NCBI GenBank assembly: GCA_910583935.1
Contig: CAJTZM010000009.1
Location: 27,967 to 91,966 of the forward strand
Direction: 5' to 3'
Length of the DNA: 64,000 nucleotides
Source of the DNA: an uncultured Oscillospiraceae bacterium
GTDB lineage: Bacteria > Bacillota > Clostridia > Oscillospirales > Ruminococcaceae
The notes below the pieces were generated by a model. That model searched no databases. It was not told the DNA's origin and saw nothing but the letters and a program-made list of their open reading frames with translations. Positions within the stretch are counted from its first letter, which is position 1. Every line of letters begins with the position of its first letter. Shown here one piece after another: positions 8,414 through 18,375 of the stretch. Position numbers and translations under genes: made by a program.

Positions 8414-9256
8414 CTACTTACGAATAAAAAGGATTCCCAACGTGTTGGGCCCGCAATGGCTGGATACGGTGCATCCCGCCTCGGTCTCTAAAATCCGGTT
8501 GAATCGGCCATAGCGCTTCACGCTCTTTTTCACCGCTTCCACCGTCTTTGGATCACAGGGGGTATGGGTGACAAAAATCCGCTCGTCCAAAAGATCTTCC
8601 CGACCCTTCAGCCGTTCCTCTACATAGGAAAGCAGACACTTTTCAAAAGAGCCGCGATACTTTTTGCCCACCTTCATCCGGCCGTCCACCACCTCGATAC
8701 ACGGCTTTAGGTGCAAAAGATTCGCGCCCATAGCCGCCAGCGAGGAGCATCGCCCCCCTTTGTGCAGATATTCCAGGCTGTCGATTACAAAGCTCGCCTC
8801 CACCCGGCCGGCCAGATCCTGCAGCCGGCAGACGATCTCCTCTGCTGCCAGCCCCTGTTCCACCAGCTTCGCCGCCTCCAGCACCATATGGCCGCTGCCG
8901 GTGGATAGACTGCGGGAGTCCACTGCGTAAACGTTGGAAAACTGCTGTGCCGCCAGTGACGCGTTTTGGTAGCAGCTGGAAAATTCCGCGCTGATATTGA
9001 CATGAATCACCGCGTCGTACTGAGCAGAAAGGCGGGAAAAACAGGCAGTATAGTCCGCCACGCTGACTGCCGCGGTTTTGCACGGGTCATTCCCCTGGGC
9101 GACAAAAGCAAATATGTCCTGCGGGGTGATCTCCAGTCCATCCCGGTAAGAGACCCCATCCTTTACCACGTACAGCGGCAGAATCTCAATCTGATACTGA
9201 TCCAACAATTCCCGGGATAAATCACAGGTGCTGTCCGCCGTAATTTTGATATGCAT
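8414..9256 (-). CDS. DegV-family fatty-acid-binding protein
   Basis: MHIKITADSTCDLSRELLDQYQIEILPLYV... shows the DegV N-terminal signature. 280 aa. Confidence 0.9.
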   Translation of the reverse strand: MHIKITADSTCDLSRELLDQYQIEILPLYVVKDGVSYRDGLEITPQDIFAFVAQGNDPCKTAAVSVADYTACFSRLSAQYDAVIHVNISAEFSSCYQNASLAAQQFSNVYAVDSRSLSTGSGHMVLEAAKLVEQGLAAEEIVCRLQDLAGRVEASFVIDSLEYLHKGGRCSSLAAMGANLLHLKPCIEVVDGRMKVGKKYRGSFEKCLLSYVEERLKGREDLLDERIFVTHTPCDPKTVEAVKKSVKRYGRFNRILETEAGCTVSSHCGPNTLGILFIRK

Positions 9257-9483
9257 AAAAACGCTTCCCCTCTGCTGCGATCTGCCTTTTGCCTCGCCTG
9301 CGGGAAAATAGATCCTTCCCTTTCGATCGTTCTTACGAGTCGCTTCGCCATATTTTTACAATCGACAAAAACAGATTATTTTTTAAAATAGCACAAAGAA
9401 GGATTTCCGTCAACCTATAAGGAAGCCATTCTTCCCTTTTGGCCCGCCGTGTAAACGCAAAGATCCGCCTTTTCACACACCAG

Positions 9484-9516
9484 AAAAAAACGGCGGCCGA
9501 ATGAGGAAACGGCCGC
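9484..9516 (-). terminator. intrinsic terminator after the aldolase gene
   Basis: Minus strand reads GCGGCCG-10 nt-CGGCCGC followed by TTTTTTT. Confidence 0.6.
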
Positions 9517-9539
9517 TCGTTTAGGTTCCGCAGAGCTTC

Positions 9540-10385
9540 TTATGCCTGGCCGATTCCGCCGCAGACCTGAATTTTATGCTCGATCAGCTGCTGAACGCAC
9601 CTTTGGCCCTGGGCCAGATATTTTTTAGGATCAAAGCTTTGCGGCTGGGCGGCCAGAGCGGCCCTCACGCCCTTGGTAAACGCCTGCCGCAGCTCGGTGG
9701 CGAAGTTGACCTTCGCCATCCCCTTGGCCACCGCCTCCCGCACCGTCGCATCCGAAAGACCGGAGGCGCCGTGCAGCACCAGCGGCAAGCCGGTTTTGGC
9801 CGCTAAAAGAGGGATGCGCCCCAGGTCCAGCTTAGGCGGCGTTTGATAAATGCCGTGGGCGGTACCTATGGCCACCGCCAGGCTGTCTGCGCCGGATAGA
9901 GCGGCAAATTGGGCCGCCTGGTCCGGATCGGTATACCCGTCGGCCTGTGCCTGCAGCGAATCCTCCTTCCCGCCAATAGCGCCCAATTCCCCTTCGCAGC
10001 AGGCGCCGAAGGACCGGGCCAGCTCCGCCGCCCGGGCAGTTTGGGCGGCGTTTTCCTCAAAGGGCAGGCCGGAGCCGTCGAACATCACCGATGTGTACCC
10101 GGCCTCCAGACAGGCACGCACCAGCTCCAGGCTGTCGCCATGGTCAAGATGCAGCGCCACCGGCACGGCGGCTTTGCCCGCCGCAGCCTGCGCCATCCCG
10201 GCAAAGCAGGCCGGCGGCAGATATCGAAGAGTCGAAGGCGTTGTTTGAAGGATCACCGGCGCTTTGCATGTTTTCGCCGCCGCCACGGCGGCGAAAACCA
10301 TCTCGGCGTTTTCCACGTTAAACGCGCCTACGGCATAGCCGCCGTCCCTGGCCTTTGCCAGCATTTCTTTCGTACTTGTCAGCAT
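9540..10385 (-). CDS. class II ketose/fructose-bisphosphate aldolase family protein
   Basis: KEMLAKARDGGYAVGAFNVENAEMV, PVILQTTPS, ALHLDHG and VLHGASG are the FbaA/GatY/KbaY family motifs. Confidence 0.9.
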   Translation of the reverse strand: MLTSTKEMLAKARDGGYAVGAFNVENAEMVFAAVAAAKTCKAPVILQTTPSTLRYLPPACFAGMAQAAAGKAAVPVALHLDHGDSLELVRACLEAGYTSVMFDGSGLPFEENAAQTARAAELARSFGACCEGELGAIGGKEDSLQAQADGYTDPDQAAQFAALSGADSLAVAIGTAHGIYQTPPKLDLGRIPLLAAKTGLPLVLHGASGLSDATVREAVAKGMAKVNFATELRQAFTKGVRAALAAQPQSFDPKKYLAQGQRCVQQLIEHKIQVCGGIGQA

Positions 10386-11128
10386 GGTTCGTTTCTCCCT
10401 TTTTCTAAATCAATCGGCACCGGGCCGGCCAATTCCACCCGCAGCGGCGTCACATCCGTTTCATAGGCCAGCAGGCGCACCCCCGCATTCTGCGCGGACA
10501 CAAGCGCCTGGCCAAAGGCAGGATGGGTCCGCCAATTGGGGGAAAACAAGCGGATCCCGCCCATTTGGATGACAAAAACAGCGTAGCACAAATAGCCCTC
10601 CTGCGCCGCTTGGATCAGATGGTCCAGATGCTTGACCCCCCGTTCGGTGGGCGCGTCGGGAAAGCGGGCCCAGCCGTCCTCCTCCAAGGTTACCCCCTTG
10701 ACCTCGGCAAAGCCCTTGGCCTTTGTGCCCTCCAGGTAAAAATCGAAGCGGGAAGCCCCGTAAAAGGTCTCGGGCCGGACGACCCGCAGCTCCCCCAGTC
10801 CCGGCAGAGAAAGAGAGCCGTTTTGCAGCGCCTCCCCCACCAGGCGGTTCGGCGCCTGGGAATCAATATGCACAAGCCTGTCCCCCTTCTGCACATGGGT
10901 CAGGGTGTACCGGGTCTTTCGGCCCGGCGCCGGATGGTGCTGCAAAAGCACCTGCGCGCCTGTGACCAGCAACTCCCGGCACCGGCCGGTATTTTTCACA
11001 TGGGCCAGCACCTCGGCCCCAGCCAGGGAACAGACCGCCGTAAACCGGTTGGGACGCTCCAAAAAAACGGCGGGAAAAATCTGCTGATATTCCAAAACTT
11101 TCAACCCCCATTCGAAAAACAACCGCAA
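10379..11128 (-). CDS. sfsA: sugar fermentation stimulation protein SfsA
   Basis: FLERPNRFTAVC..., HVKNTGRCRELL and the C-terminal nuclease-like part. The stop overlaps the aldolase start. The true start is probably an internal TTG near 11095-11104. Confidence 0.85.
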   Translation of the reverse strand: MRLFFEWGLKVLEYQQIFPAVFLERPNRFTAVCSLAGAEVLAHVKNTGRCRELLVTGAQVLLQHHPAPGRKTRYTLTHVQKGDRLVHIDSQAPNRLVGEALQNGSLSLPGLGELRVVRPETFYGASRFDFYLEGTKAKGFAEVKGVTLEEDGWARFPDAPTERGVKHLDHLIQAAQEGYLCYAVFVIQMGGIRLFSPNWRTHPAFGQALVSAQNAGVRLLAYETDVTPLRVELAGPVPIDLEKGRNEPC

Positions 11129-11414
11129 AATTTATAAGACACTCTGCAAAATCCTGGGGGAAAGGTACAAAAGGACGAGAAGTTTTTCGTTGTTAATCCC
11201 GATTTTTGTGTTTTTGCACAAAAATTCATTTACAAATCCGCTTTCTCTTGCTATAATAGACCCATCAGGACAACAATATTTCATTGATTCCTCATCTTAT
11301 TGCTTCTCCTAATAGATAATTTTAACCGGGAAAAAGGGCTGACCTCATCAATCAGCCTTTTTTTCTGTCCATTTTTGCCATTGCTCCAGGGGTGCCCAGC
11401 AGGCGACCCGAATT

Positions 11415-12173
11415 TTACCGTATCTGGGCGGACGCTTTATTACCGGCGGCTTCCTCCCGCAGCAGCCCCGCCAAAACATCCGGATGGTTGGTGATTAAAA
11501 TGTCGGTGCCCAGCCGGATCAGCCGGCGCATCTGCTCGGGCTGGTTCACCGTCCAGGTATGGACCCGCAGCCCGCGCCGTTTTAGGTCCGCCAGGTTTTC
11601 CTCGGTCAGGTAGCTATACAGCGGATGGGCGCATTCCAGCCCCAGCCCTTGCAGATATCCGCCAAAGCCGACAATCCAGCTTTCCACCAGCGCGCCGCAG
11701 GGGATGGACGGCGCAATTTCTTTTAACCGCAGCAGCGTGTAATGGTTAAAGGAGGAAAAAATGACCCGCTCCTCCATTCCCATGCGGGCAACAAGCTCCA
11801 CCGCCTTTTGTTCGATTCCCGGGTATTCCCGAACATTGGTCTTTAACTCCAGATTCAGCCGCAGGCCGGTTCCCCTGCACCATTCCAGCACCTCCTCCAG
11901 CGCGGGAATACGGTTCCCCTGGACTTTGCCGGCAAACCGGTAGGACGCGTCCAGCCGGCGCAGCTGAGCAAAGGAGGTATCCCCCACCCAGCCGGCCGCG
12001 CCGGTGGTGCGCTCCAGCGTCTCGTCATGGATGATTACCGGCACCCCGTCGGCGCTCAGGTGCAGATCCATCTCAATACCGCCACAGCCCGCCTCCTCGG
12101 CTTTTTGAAACGCTGCCATCGTATTTTCCGGATAAGCGGCGGAAAAGCCTCGATGCGCGAAATTTTCGGTCAT
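11415..12173 (-). CDS. glycerophosphodiester phosphodiesterase
   Basis: MTENFAHRGFSAAYPENT, EMDLHLSADGVPVIIHDETLERTT (GDPD motifs). ATG at 12173 follows AAAGAGGGGA. Confidence 0.9.
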   Translation of the reverse strand: MTENFAHRGFSAAYPENTMAAFQKAEEAGCGGIEMDLHLSADGVPVIIHDETLERTTGAAGWVGDTSFAQLRRLDASYRFAGKVQGNRIPALEEVLEWCRGTGLRLNLELKTNVREYPGIEQKAVELVARMGMEERVIFSSFNHYTLLRLKEIAPSIPCGALVESWIVGFGGYLQGLGLECAHPLYSYLTEENLADLKRRGLRVHTWTVNQPEQMRRLIRLGTDILITNHPDVLAGLLREEAAGNKASAQIR

Positions 12174-12377
12174 ATGCGTCCCCTCTTTCCCCACTAACCA
12201 TGCGTGCGAAGCCATAAAAATCTCGTAGAATAACGATTCTGTCGTTATTCTACCATAGCATAAAACCTCCTGGGTGTAAAGATGCGGGGACCTTTTCGCC
12301 TATTTGCCCTTGCCAGCGGCAAAAAAGGCGGGTATAATACTGCCGTATTCCTCTTTGCTTTGGAAAGGGTGTTTTGG

Positions 12378-13166
12378 ATGCTGATTGATGCACATATCCA
12401 CATTTTTCCCGACGCGCTGGCCCCGAAAGCCATCCCCCAGCTGGCAAAGGTTTCCGGCTATGTCAACCAGACCGACGGGACCTTGTCCGATACGCTGGAA
12501 AAAATGGCGGTCTGGGGGGTGGACAAGGGGGTCTTTTTAAGTATTGCCACCAAACCCTCGCAGCAAAAATCCATCAACGATTTCTGCGCCGCCATCGCGG
12601 GAGACCGGGTGATTCCCTTCGGCTCGATCCACCCTGACGCGCCGGACTGGGAGGCGGAGCTGGAACGAATCGCCGGGCTGGGGCTTCGGGGCGTCAAGCT
12701 GCATCCGGACTATCAGGGCTTTGATATGGACGAGCCCCGGATCCTGCCCATCTTCCGAAAAATCCGGGACCTGGGACTTTGCGCAGTGGTCCATGCGGGC
12801 TTTGATCCCCTCTCCCCCGATCATATTCATTGTACGCCTCCGGCCTGCCGTCAGCTTTTGAGGGCCTGTCCGGGCCTAAAGCTGATCCTGGCCCATATGG
12901 GCGGTATGCGGCTGTGGGACGAGGTGGAGGAACAGCTGGCGGGGGAGCCCGTCTGGCTGGACACCGCCTGCTGCGCCGGCGCCATAGACCCCGCCCAGCT
13001 CAAGCGGCTGATCCAAAAACACGGCGCGGACCGGATCCTTTTTGCCAGCGACTGCCCCTGGAGCGATCCCCGGCGCGAAAAGTCGCTGATTGAGCAGGCC
13101 GGCCTGTCCGACAGGGAAATAGAATCCATCTTTTCCAAAAACATCCGGCAGCTTTTGGCGCTGTAA
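12378..13166 (+). CDS. amidohydrolase-family (TIM-barrel metal-dependent hydrolase) protein
   Basis: MLIDAHIHIFPD... VKLHPDYQGF... VVHAG... FASDCPW match the pattern of amidohydrolase_2 proteins. ATG at 12378. Confidence 0.8.
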   Translation: MLIDAHIHIFPDALAPKAIPQLAKVSGYVNQTDGTLSDTLEKMAVWGVDKGVFLSIATKPSQQKSINDFCAAIAGDRVIPFGSIHPDAPDWEAELERIAGLGLRGVKLHPDYQGFDMDEPRILPIFRKIRDLGLCAVVHAGFDPLSPDHIHCTPPACRQLLRACPGLKLILAHMGGMRLWDEVEEQLAGEPVWLDTACCAGAIDPAQLKRLIQKHGADRILFASDCPWSDPRREKSLIEQAGLSDREIESIFSKNIRQLLAL

Positions 13167-13251
13167 GGTTGTTTTTTTCGGCGCTAGGTGTTAGAATGTG
13201 TCTGTATCTGTCGGCCGGTAAAGCGGCCGCCTTTAATAAAGGAGGCACCTT

Positions 13252-14043
13252 ATGGCTTATTTCAAGGGTTCAATCCGTTCAAAGGTTCTGGGGATGGATA
13301 CCGGTCTGTCGGTTGTGCTCCCCCTTGACCGGGCGGCGGTGCCGGAAAAGAAGTGTCCGGTCGTCTATCTTTTGCACGGGCACGGAGAAAACGCGGACGT
13401 CTGGACCCGCATGACCTCGGCGGAGCGTTACGCCAACGCCTATGGCGTCGCCCTGATTATGCCGGAGGTGCAGCGGAGCTTCTATACCGACATGGCGGCG
13501 GGCCTGCCCTATTTTTCCTATGTTTCCGAAGAGCTGCCAAAACTGTGCGAGGGGCTTTTTTCGGTTAGTTCCCGGCGGGAGGATCGCTTTGTGGCGGGCC
13601 TTTCTATGGGCGGCTACGGCGCTGTTAAGCTGGGTCTTCGGCGGCCGGACCTGTTCGCCGGCTGCGCCGGGTTTTCCGGCTGCTTGGACATTGAGGCACT
13701 GCGCGCCTCTCTTTCCGATTCCGACCCCGCCCTGCTGGGAGAGGCCAAAGCGATTTTCGGCCAACAGCTTGTAATAAAACCGGAGGATAATTTGTTTTAT
13801 CTGGTAGAAAAGACCGCACGGCTGCCCAAAGACCAGCGTCCCCGGGTGATGGTTACCTGCGGCTGCGAGGATTATCTGTATGCTCACAATGTCCGCTTTC
13901 GGGATACCATCCAGGCGCTGCCCTATGAATTTGCTTATCGGGAATGGCCCGGCGTACACGAATGGGGCTTCTGGGACCAGTCCCTTCAGTACGCGCTGGA
14001 ATTTTTCTTTCCTGGCCGCCGGGAAGCTTTACTGAAGTCTTAG
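13252..14043 (+). CDS. esterase-family alpha/beta hydrolase (tributyrin esterase/S-formylglutathione hydrolase-like)
   Basis: VVYLLHGHGENADVW and the nucleophile elbow GLSMGGYGA. Confidence 0.85.
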   Translation: MAYFKGSIRSKVLGMDTGLSVVLPLDRAAVPEKKCPVVYLLHGHGENADVWTRMTSAERYANAYGVALIMPEVQRSFYTDMAAGLPYFSYVSEELPKLCEGLFSVSSRREDRFVAGLSMGGYGAVKLGLRRPDLFAGCAGFSGCLDIEALRASLSDSDPALLGEAKAIFGQQLVIKPEDNLFYLVEKTARLPKDQRPRVMVTCGCEDYLYAHNVRFRDTIQALPYEFAYREWPGVHEWGFWDQSLQYALEFFFPGRREALLKS

Positions 14044-14085
14044 CCGTCTTAAGGCAAATTCACAATAAGAAAGGACCTTCTCTTT

Positions 14086-14676
14086 ATGATAAAACCCAAT
14101 CGGATCATTTCTCTGTTTTTGATTCTGACCATGGCCGCCGCGCTGCTGTCGGGCTGTGCCGGTTCCGCCGAAGACCGCTGCGTTAGGGTGGACGGAGATA
14201 CGGTTTCTATCCCGTCCATGCGGCTGTCCTTCTCCTTTCCCGCCCCCTGGTTTGTGGTGGCAGAGGAGGAGGCCGACGCCATTTTTCAGGACCATGAGCT
14301 GTTAAAAAATTACGTGGATGAGAACGGAAATCTGGTCAACTCCCAGCCGGAGGCCTATACGGCGGAAAAAATCCTCCTGCTCAATGGGCAGACGCTGGAA
14401 ACCTGCCGGATCTGCGCCAAGGAGGACACAAATACCTACAGCCTGGAGGGCTTTGCCTCCAACCTGTTCGACAAAATGCAAGGGGATATGGATCAGATTT
14501 CGCTGCCCCAAAGCTGGAGCACCGGAAGCCACAAGGGCTATGCGATCAGCGCGATCCCCAAGGATTCCACCGTCCGCTTCAAGTACTACTATCTGCATGA
14601 AAAAAGCACCTTTGTCGAGATTGTCACCGCCGGGTATTCCGACCACGTCAGGGTAGAAAAGATCATCGAGGCGTAA
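14086..14676 (+). CDS. hypothetical lipoprotein
   Basis: Signal peptide with lipobox (LFLILTMAAALLSGCAGS). No recognisable domain. Confidence 0.65.
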   Translation: MIKPNRIISLFLILTMAAALLSGCAGSAEDRCVRVDGDTVSIPSMRLSFSFPAPWFVVAEEEADAIFQDHELLKNYVDENGNLVNSQPEAYTAEKILLLNGQTLETCRICAKEDTNTYSLEGFASNLFDKMQGDMDQISLPQSWSTGSHKGYAISAIPKDSTVRFKYYYLHEKSTFVEIVTAGYSDHVRVEKIIEA

Positions 14677-14729
14677 AGACATTTCCGCCGCCTGGGGCGG
14701 TCCGGAACTTCAAGCGTGAGGAGAGAAAA

Positions 14730-15506
14730 ATGGAGCTTGTCAAAATCACTCGCGACAATCTTTCGAAAGAACATATCTGCTGCGCCATTTCTAACGATAA
14801 GGACCTGCAGGTAGCGTCAAAGAAGGCCTGGCTGGAAAAGCGGCTGGACGAGGGGCTTGTTTTTTTAAAGGGAAATGTGCGCGGCAAATGTTTTATTGAG
14901 TACATCCCCGCCGAATATGCCTGGGCGCCGGTGGAGGCGGACGGGTTTATGTATATCGACTGCTTATGGGTATCCGGGCAGTTCAAAGGCCATGGATATT
15001 CCAGCCTTTTGCTGGACGAATGCGTAAGGGACAGTAAGGAAAAGGGGAAAAAGGGGCTGGTCTGCCTGTCTTCTAAAAAGAAGATGGGCTTTCTTTCCGA
15101 CCCAAAATATATGCGGTATAAAGGGTTTTTGCCTGCCGACAAGTCGGACCCGTATTTCGAGCTTTTGTATCTGCCGTTTGACCCGGCTTGTGAAAAGCCC
15201 CGCTTCAAGGACGCGGTAAAAAGTCCGCATTTCGGCGGCGATGCCAAAGGATTTACCCTGTTTTACACCCATCAATGTCCTTTTACCGCCAAATATGTGC
15301 CGCTTTTAGAAAAGCTAGCCCGGGAAAAGGGCGCCGCGTTCCAAGCCGTTCACCTAAACACAAGAGAAGCGGCGCAGAACGCGCCGACTCCCTTTACTAC
15401 CTTTTCCCTTTTTTATAAAGGACAATTTGTGACCCACGAAATCCTCTCCGAAAAGAAGTTTGAAAAGCTGTTGGCGGACCTGCCTGCCGAAGCGGTGTCT
15501 GTTTAG
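14730..15506 (+). CDS. GNAT-family acetyltransferase with YoaP-like C-terminal domain
   Basis: IDCLWVSGQFKGHGYSSLLLDECV (acetyl-CoA motif A-like) followed by a thioredoxin-like tail, as in B. subtilis YoaP-type proteins. Confidence 0.7.
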   Translation: MELVKITRDNLSKEHICCAISNDKDLQVASKKAWLEKRLDEGLVFLKGNVRGKCFIEYIPAEYAWAPVEADGFMYIDCLWVSGQFKGHGYSSLLLDECVRDSKEKGKKGLVCLSSKKKMGFLSDPKYMRYKGFLPADKSDPYFELLYLPFDPACEKPRFKDAVKSPHFGGDAKGFTLFYTHQCPFTAKYVPLLEKLAREKGAAFQAVHLNTREAAQNAPTPFTTFSLFYKGQFVTHEILSEKKFEKLLADLPAEAVSV

Positions 15507-15510
15507 AGGA

Positions 15511-15556
15511 AAAACTTTGAGGCGTCTTCCATATGGAAGGCGCCTCAAAGTTTTTT
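15511..15556. terminator. bidirectional intrinsic terminator
   Basis: AAAA-CTTTGAGGCG...CGCCTCAAAG-TTTTTT, between convergent genes. Confidence 0.7.
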
Positions 15557-15665
15557 GGGGATTCTGCCGTCAAAATCCAAAGCTCCCGATCCCTGTGGAC
15601 CGTCGGTACTGTTTCATAGATTTTTTTGCACCCGGGCGCCAATTTTTCCAAACGCTTTACGCCTT

Positions 15666-16565
15666 TCAGGAGACCTCAAAAGGATTTGCCATCACGCCTT
15701 TGTACCAAACCGGAACGGGCTTTGTCATATGATCATACCAGCGCAGCACATCCTTTGCCTGATTGATCATCACCTGAATTTCGCTTTCTCCAAAAGGAAT
15801 CGCCCAAGGCAGCGAGGACAAAGTATTGCTGCTGATATAAAGCGCGAGAAGCTCCCAAAACGCAATCGGCACATGGTTATCGAAGTATCCGTTCACCATG
15901 CCAGTTGCAAACAAAGGGGATGCCTGGGCGCACCACACGATGCGATTAAACTCTTCCCACGGATCCCCAAAATCATTTCTGTTAAAATCAATGATGTAAA
16001 GCTGCTTGTCATTGCCGATCATCATGTTTCCGATGTGATAATCTCCGTGCTGGTAGGTTCGGGGGCGGCCGCTGAGCAAATGTCTGTGGGCATGGATGTA
16101 ATCCATGAAGGCCTGTCCGTTTTCGTATTTGATGGGACATGCTTCATACATCTTGATTTTGCGGTCTAATTTACGATTAAAATAGATCTCCCAATCCTCC
16201 ATTCCCTTGGGGGCGGGGATTGTATGGATGCTCTTCAGTATTTTTCCCGCTTCAAACCCGTAAGCATATTGTTCTTCCTCTGTTTGACTCGGTATCGTTT
16301 CTTCTGCGTCCACACCGTCGATCCAGGTTTGAATAGAATAAACCCCCTCGCAGGATCTGCCGAATTCCAAAGGTCTGCACATTGGCACCCCAAGAGCCGC
16401 CACCTGACACATCAGCTCATATTCGCTTTTCTTTCGATCGTACTGTTCAATCGGAGAAACACGAAGTAAAAACTTCTTTCCCTGCTCGTCAGTCACACAA
16501 TATTTTTGATCTTCCGACCAGCCTTTATCGATGAGCCGCTTTGTAATAAACCGATGCTGCAGCAT
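15666..16565 (-). CDS. aminoglycoside/choline-kinase-type phosphotransferase (APH family)
   Basis: Brenner motif HGDYHIGNMMI and the metal-binding IIDFNRNDFGDPWEEF. ATG at 16565 follows GGCGGAAGG. Confidence 0.85.
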   Translation of the reverse strand: MLQHRFITKRLIDKGWSEDQKYCVTDEQGKKFLLRVSPIEQYDRKKSEYELMCQVAALGVPMCRPLEFGRSCEGVYSIQTWIDGVDAEETIPSQTEEEQYAYGFEAGKILKSIHTIPAPKGMEDWEIYFNRKLDRKIKMYEACPIKYENGQAFMDYIHAHRHLLSGRPRTYQHGDYHIGNMMIGNDKQLYIIDFNRNDFGDPWEEFNRIVWCAQASPLFATGMVNGYFDNHVPIAFWELLALYISSNTLSSLPWAIPFGESEIQVMINQAKDVLRWYDHMTKPVPVWYKGVMANPFEVS

Positions 16566-16654
16566 AGTCCTTCCGCCTTTCAAACCACTGTTTGCTTCTC
16601 AAAAATTCCAATCCCTTTAACGGATTTCCCTGCATCCAATCCCTCTGACCGATT

Positions 16655-16697
16655 ACAAAAACGAAAAGGGAGACCGCCCTTTGGCGCAGTGTCTCCC
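16655..16697 (-). terminator. intrinsic terminator after the PPIase gene
   Basis: Minus strand reads GGGAGAC-16 nt-GTCTCCC followed by TTTTCGTTTTT. Confidence 0.55.
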
Positions 16698-16739
16698 TTC
16701 GGAATCCTCTTTTTTCTGCTTTGGCCGCCCGGGGATGCG

Positions 16740-17258
16740 CTACAGCGTCTCCGGCTCGCCGACTTCCTCGCCAAAGGTCTCCACCGTGACCTTGGCCATC
16801 CGCTGATCCTCCAGCGGCTTGTCCGAAAGATTCCGCTTGACCGATACGATTCGGTCCGCCTCTTCAATGCCTTCAATCACCTTTCCGAAAGCCGCATAGC
16901 TGCCGTCTAAATGGGGCGCGTCGTCCACCATGATAAAGAACTGGCTGCCCGCGCTGTCCGGCCGGGAGGACCGGGCCATGGAAATAACGCCCTTGGTGTG
17001 CTTTAAATCGTTGGAAAACCCGTTGGCCGCAAACTCCCCTTTGATGCTGTAGCCGGGACCGCCGGTTCCGACCCCATCAGGGTCCCCACCCTGGATCATA
17101 AAGCCGGGGATCACCCGGTGGAAGATCACGCCGTCATAGAATCCCCTTTTCACAAGGGAGACAAAATTTTTCACCGTATTCGGCGCGATTTCCGGGTACA
17201 GCTCCACCTTCATCTGACTGCCGTTTTCCATCTGGATGGTTACAATTGGGTTTTTCAT
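16740..17258 (-). CDS. ppiB: cyclophilin-type peptidyl-prolyl cis-trans isomerase
   Basis: 172 aa. FHRVIPGFMIQGGDP, GVISMARS, SQFFIM. ATG at 17258 follows AGGAGGAATT. The 348-aa track ORF is a spurious upstream extension through the neighbouring GNAT gene in another frame. Confidence 0.95.
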   Translation of the reverse strand: MKNPIVTIQMENGSQMKVELYPEIAPNTVKNFVSLVKRGFYDGVIFHRVIPGFMIQGGDPDGVGTGGPGYSIKGEFAANGFSNDLKHTKGVISMARSSRPDSAGSQFFIMVDDAPHLDGSYAAFGKVIEGIEEADRIVSVKRNLSDKPLEDQRMAKVTVETFGEEVGEPETL

Positions 17259-17284
17259 GGGCAAATTCCTCCTTTGTCCTATTT

Positions 17285-17746
17285 CTACAGTATTTTTTCC
17301 ATGACGAAATTGATAAATACCTGGCCGCGCAGGGGCTTTTCCTGCTTTTTCACCACCCGGTACCCCCAGTGCGCAAAAAAAGGCCGGGCGGTGACCGACG
17401 CTTCGGTATAAACGCGCCGGCAGCCCTGCTGCCGCGCCGATTGCTCCAGCTGACGCAGAATCGCGGAGGCAACCCCTTGGCGCAGAAAATCCTTCTGCAC
17501 ATACAGCCGGTCCAGATAGCCGTTCTCCCCTAGATCGCCAAAGCCGGCGATTCTGCCGCCGCTCCATGCGACCCAGGTTTCGTGCGCTGCCAGCGAAGCC
17601 TCCCAGCGGGCCTGGTCCATCTCCTGGGGGGCCCAAGCGTCCACCTGGCCCTGGGAATAATCCGCCCGGTTGACCTGGTGGACTGTATCGTAAAACAGCC
17701 GGTAAATTTCCGGCAGATCCGTCGGATCGTATCTGCGAAGCTCCAT
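17285..17746 (-). CDS. GNAT-family N-acetyltransferase
   Basis: 153 aa. LYVQKDFLRQGVASAILRQLE (motif A). Confidence 0.85.
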   Translation of the reverse strand: MELRRYDPTDLPEIYRLFYDTVHQVNRADYSQGQVDAWAPQEMDQARWEASLAAHETWVAWSGGRIAGFGDLGENGYLDRLYVQKDFLRQGVASAILRQLEQSARQQGCRRVYTEASVTARPFFAHWGYRVVKKQEKPLRGQVFINFVMEKIL

Positions 17747-17877
17747 CGCCTGCCTCCTTTGCGCAAAGCGCCATCAACCGGCGCATAGCGGCCCTTTCAT
17801 AGATTGGATAGATCGATTATAGCACATTCCGCTATTTTATGGTAGAATCAAAACAAATATTTTTCAGGAGGCAAGCG

Positions 17878-18375
17878 ATGAACCTTTCCATTCAAAAAGC
17901 AGTGCTTTCGAACGCCGCCGCCCTCACAGCGCTGTTAAACGAGACAGTGGCAGATCTGCACCGGCGGGGGATCCGCCAATGGGAAAGCCCCTGGGATTCG
18001 GAGGAAATTTGCAGGGAAATCGGCCAAGGACGGGTCTGGGCCGCCTGGGGCGGCGGCACCTTGGCTGGGACCTTCTCGCTGAAACCCCTGGAATCCGCCG
18101 GCTGGCTGCCCGACAGCGCGAAGCCCGGCGGCCAATGGTATCTGTACCGTGTGGCGATGCATCCATCCCGTCAGGGCAAAGGGGAGGGCCGGACGCTGGT
18201 CCAGTTTGCCTGCCAGCTGGCCGAAGCGGCAAAAAAGGACCTGTATCTGGACTGTTGGGCGGGAAACGATGCCCTGCGTCGTTTCTACACTTCGGCAGGA
18301 TTCGATACAATTGGTATATTTCCAGAAGAAAATTACAAAATTTCTGTTTTTATGCGGTCTCATGTCCGATCATAG
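17878..18375 (+). CDS. GNAT-family N-acetyltransferase
   Basis: VAMHPSRQGKGEGRTLVQF (motif A). ATG at 17878 follows CAGGAGG. Confidence 0.85.
   Translation: MNLSIQKAVLSNAAALTALLNETVADLHRRGIRQWESPWDSEEICREIGQGRVWAAWGGGTLAGTFSLKPLESAGWLPDSAKPGGQWYLYRVAMHPSRQGKGEGRTLVQFACQLAEAAKKDLYLDCWAGNDALRRFYTSAGFDTIGIFPEENYKISVFMRSHVRS

Noticed and set aside
7398-8513. 371-aa plus-strand ORF, the longest ORF in this interval
   Set aside because: It has a low-complexity, Arg/Pro/Gln-rich translation with no RBS. It runs antisense to a convincing six-TM HdeD/DUF308 gene and across two terminators, so it is a GC-rich shadow ORF.
17259-17786. N-terminal 176 residues of the 348-aa track ORF fused to the cyclophilin
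   Set aside because: The cyclophilin has its own ATG at 17258 with AGGAGG. The upstream part overlaps a well-supported GNAT gene (17285-17746) in another frame and is Gly/Pro/Arg-rich noise.
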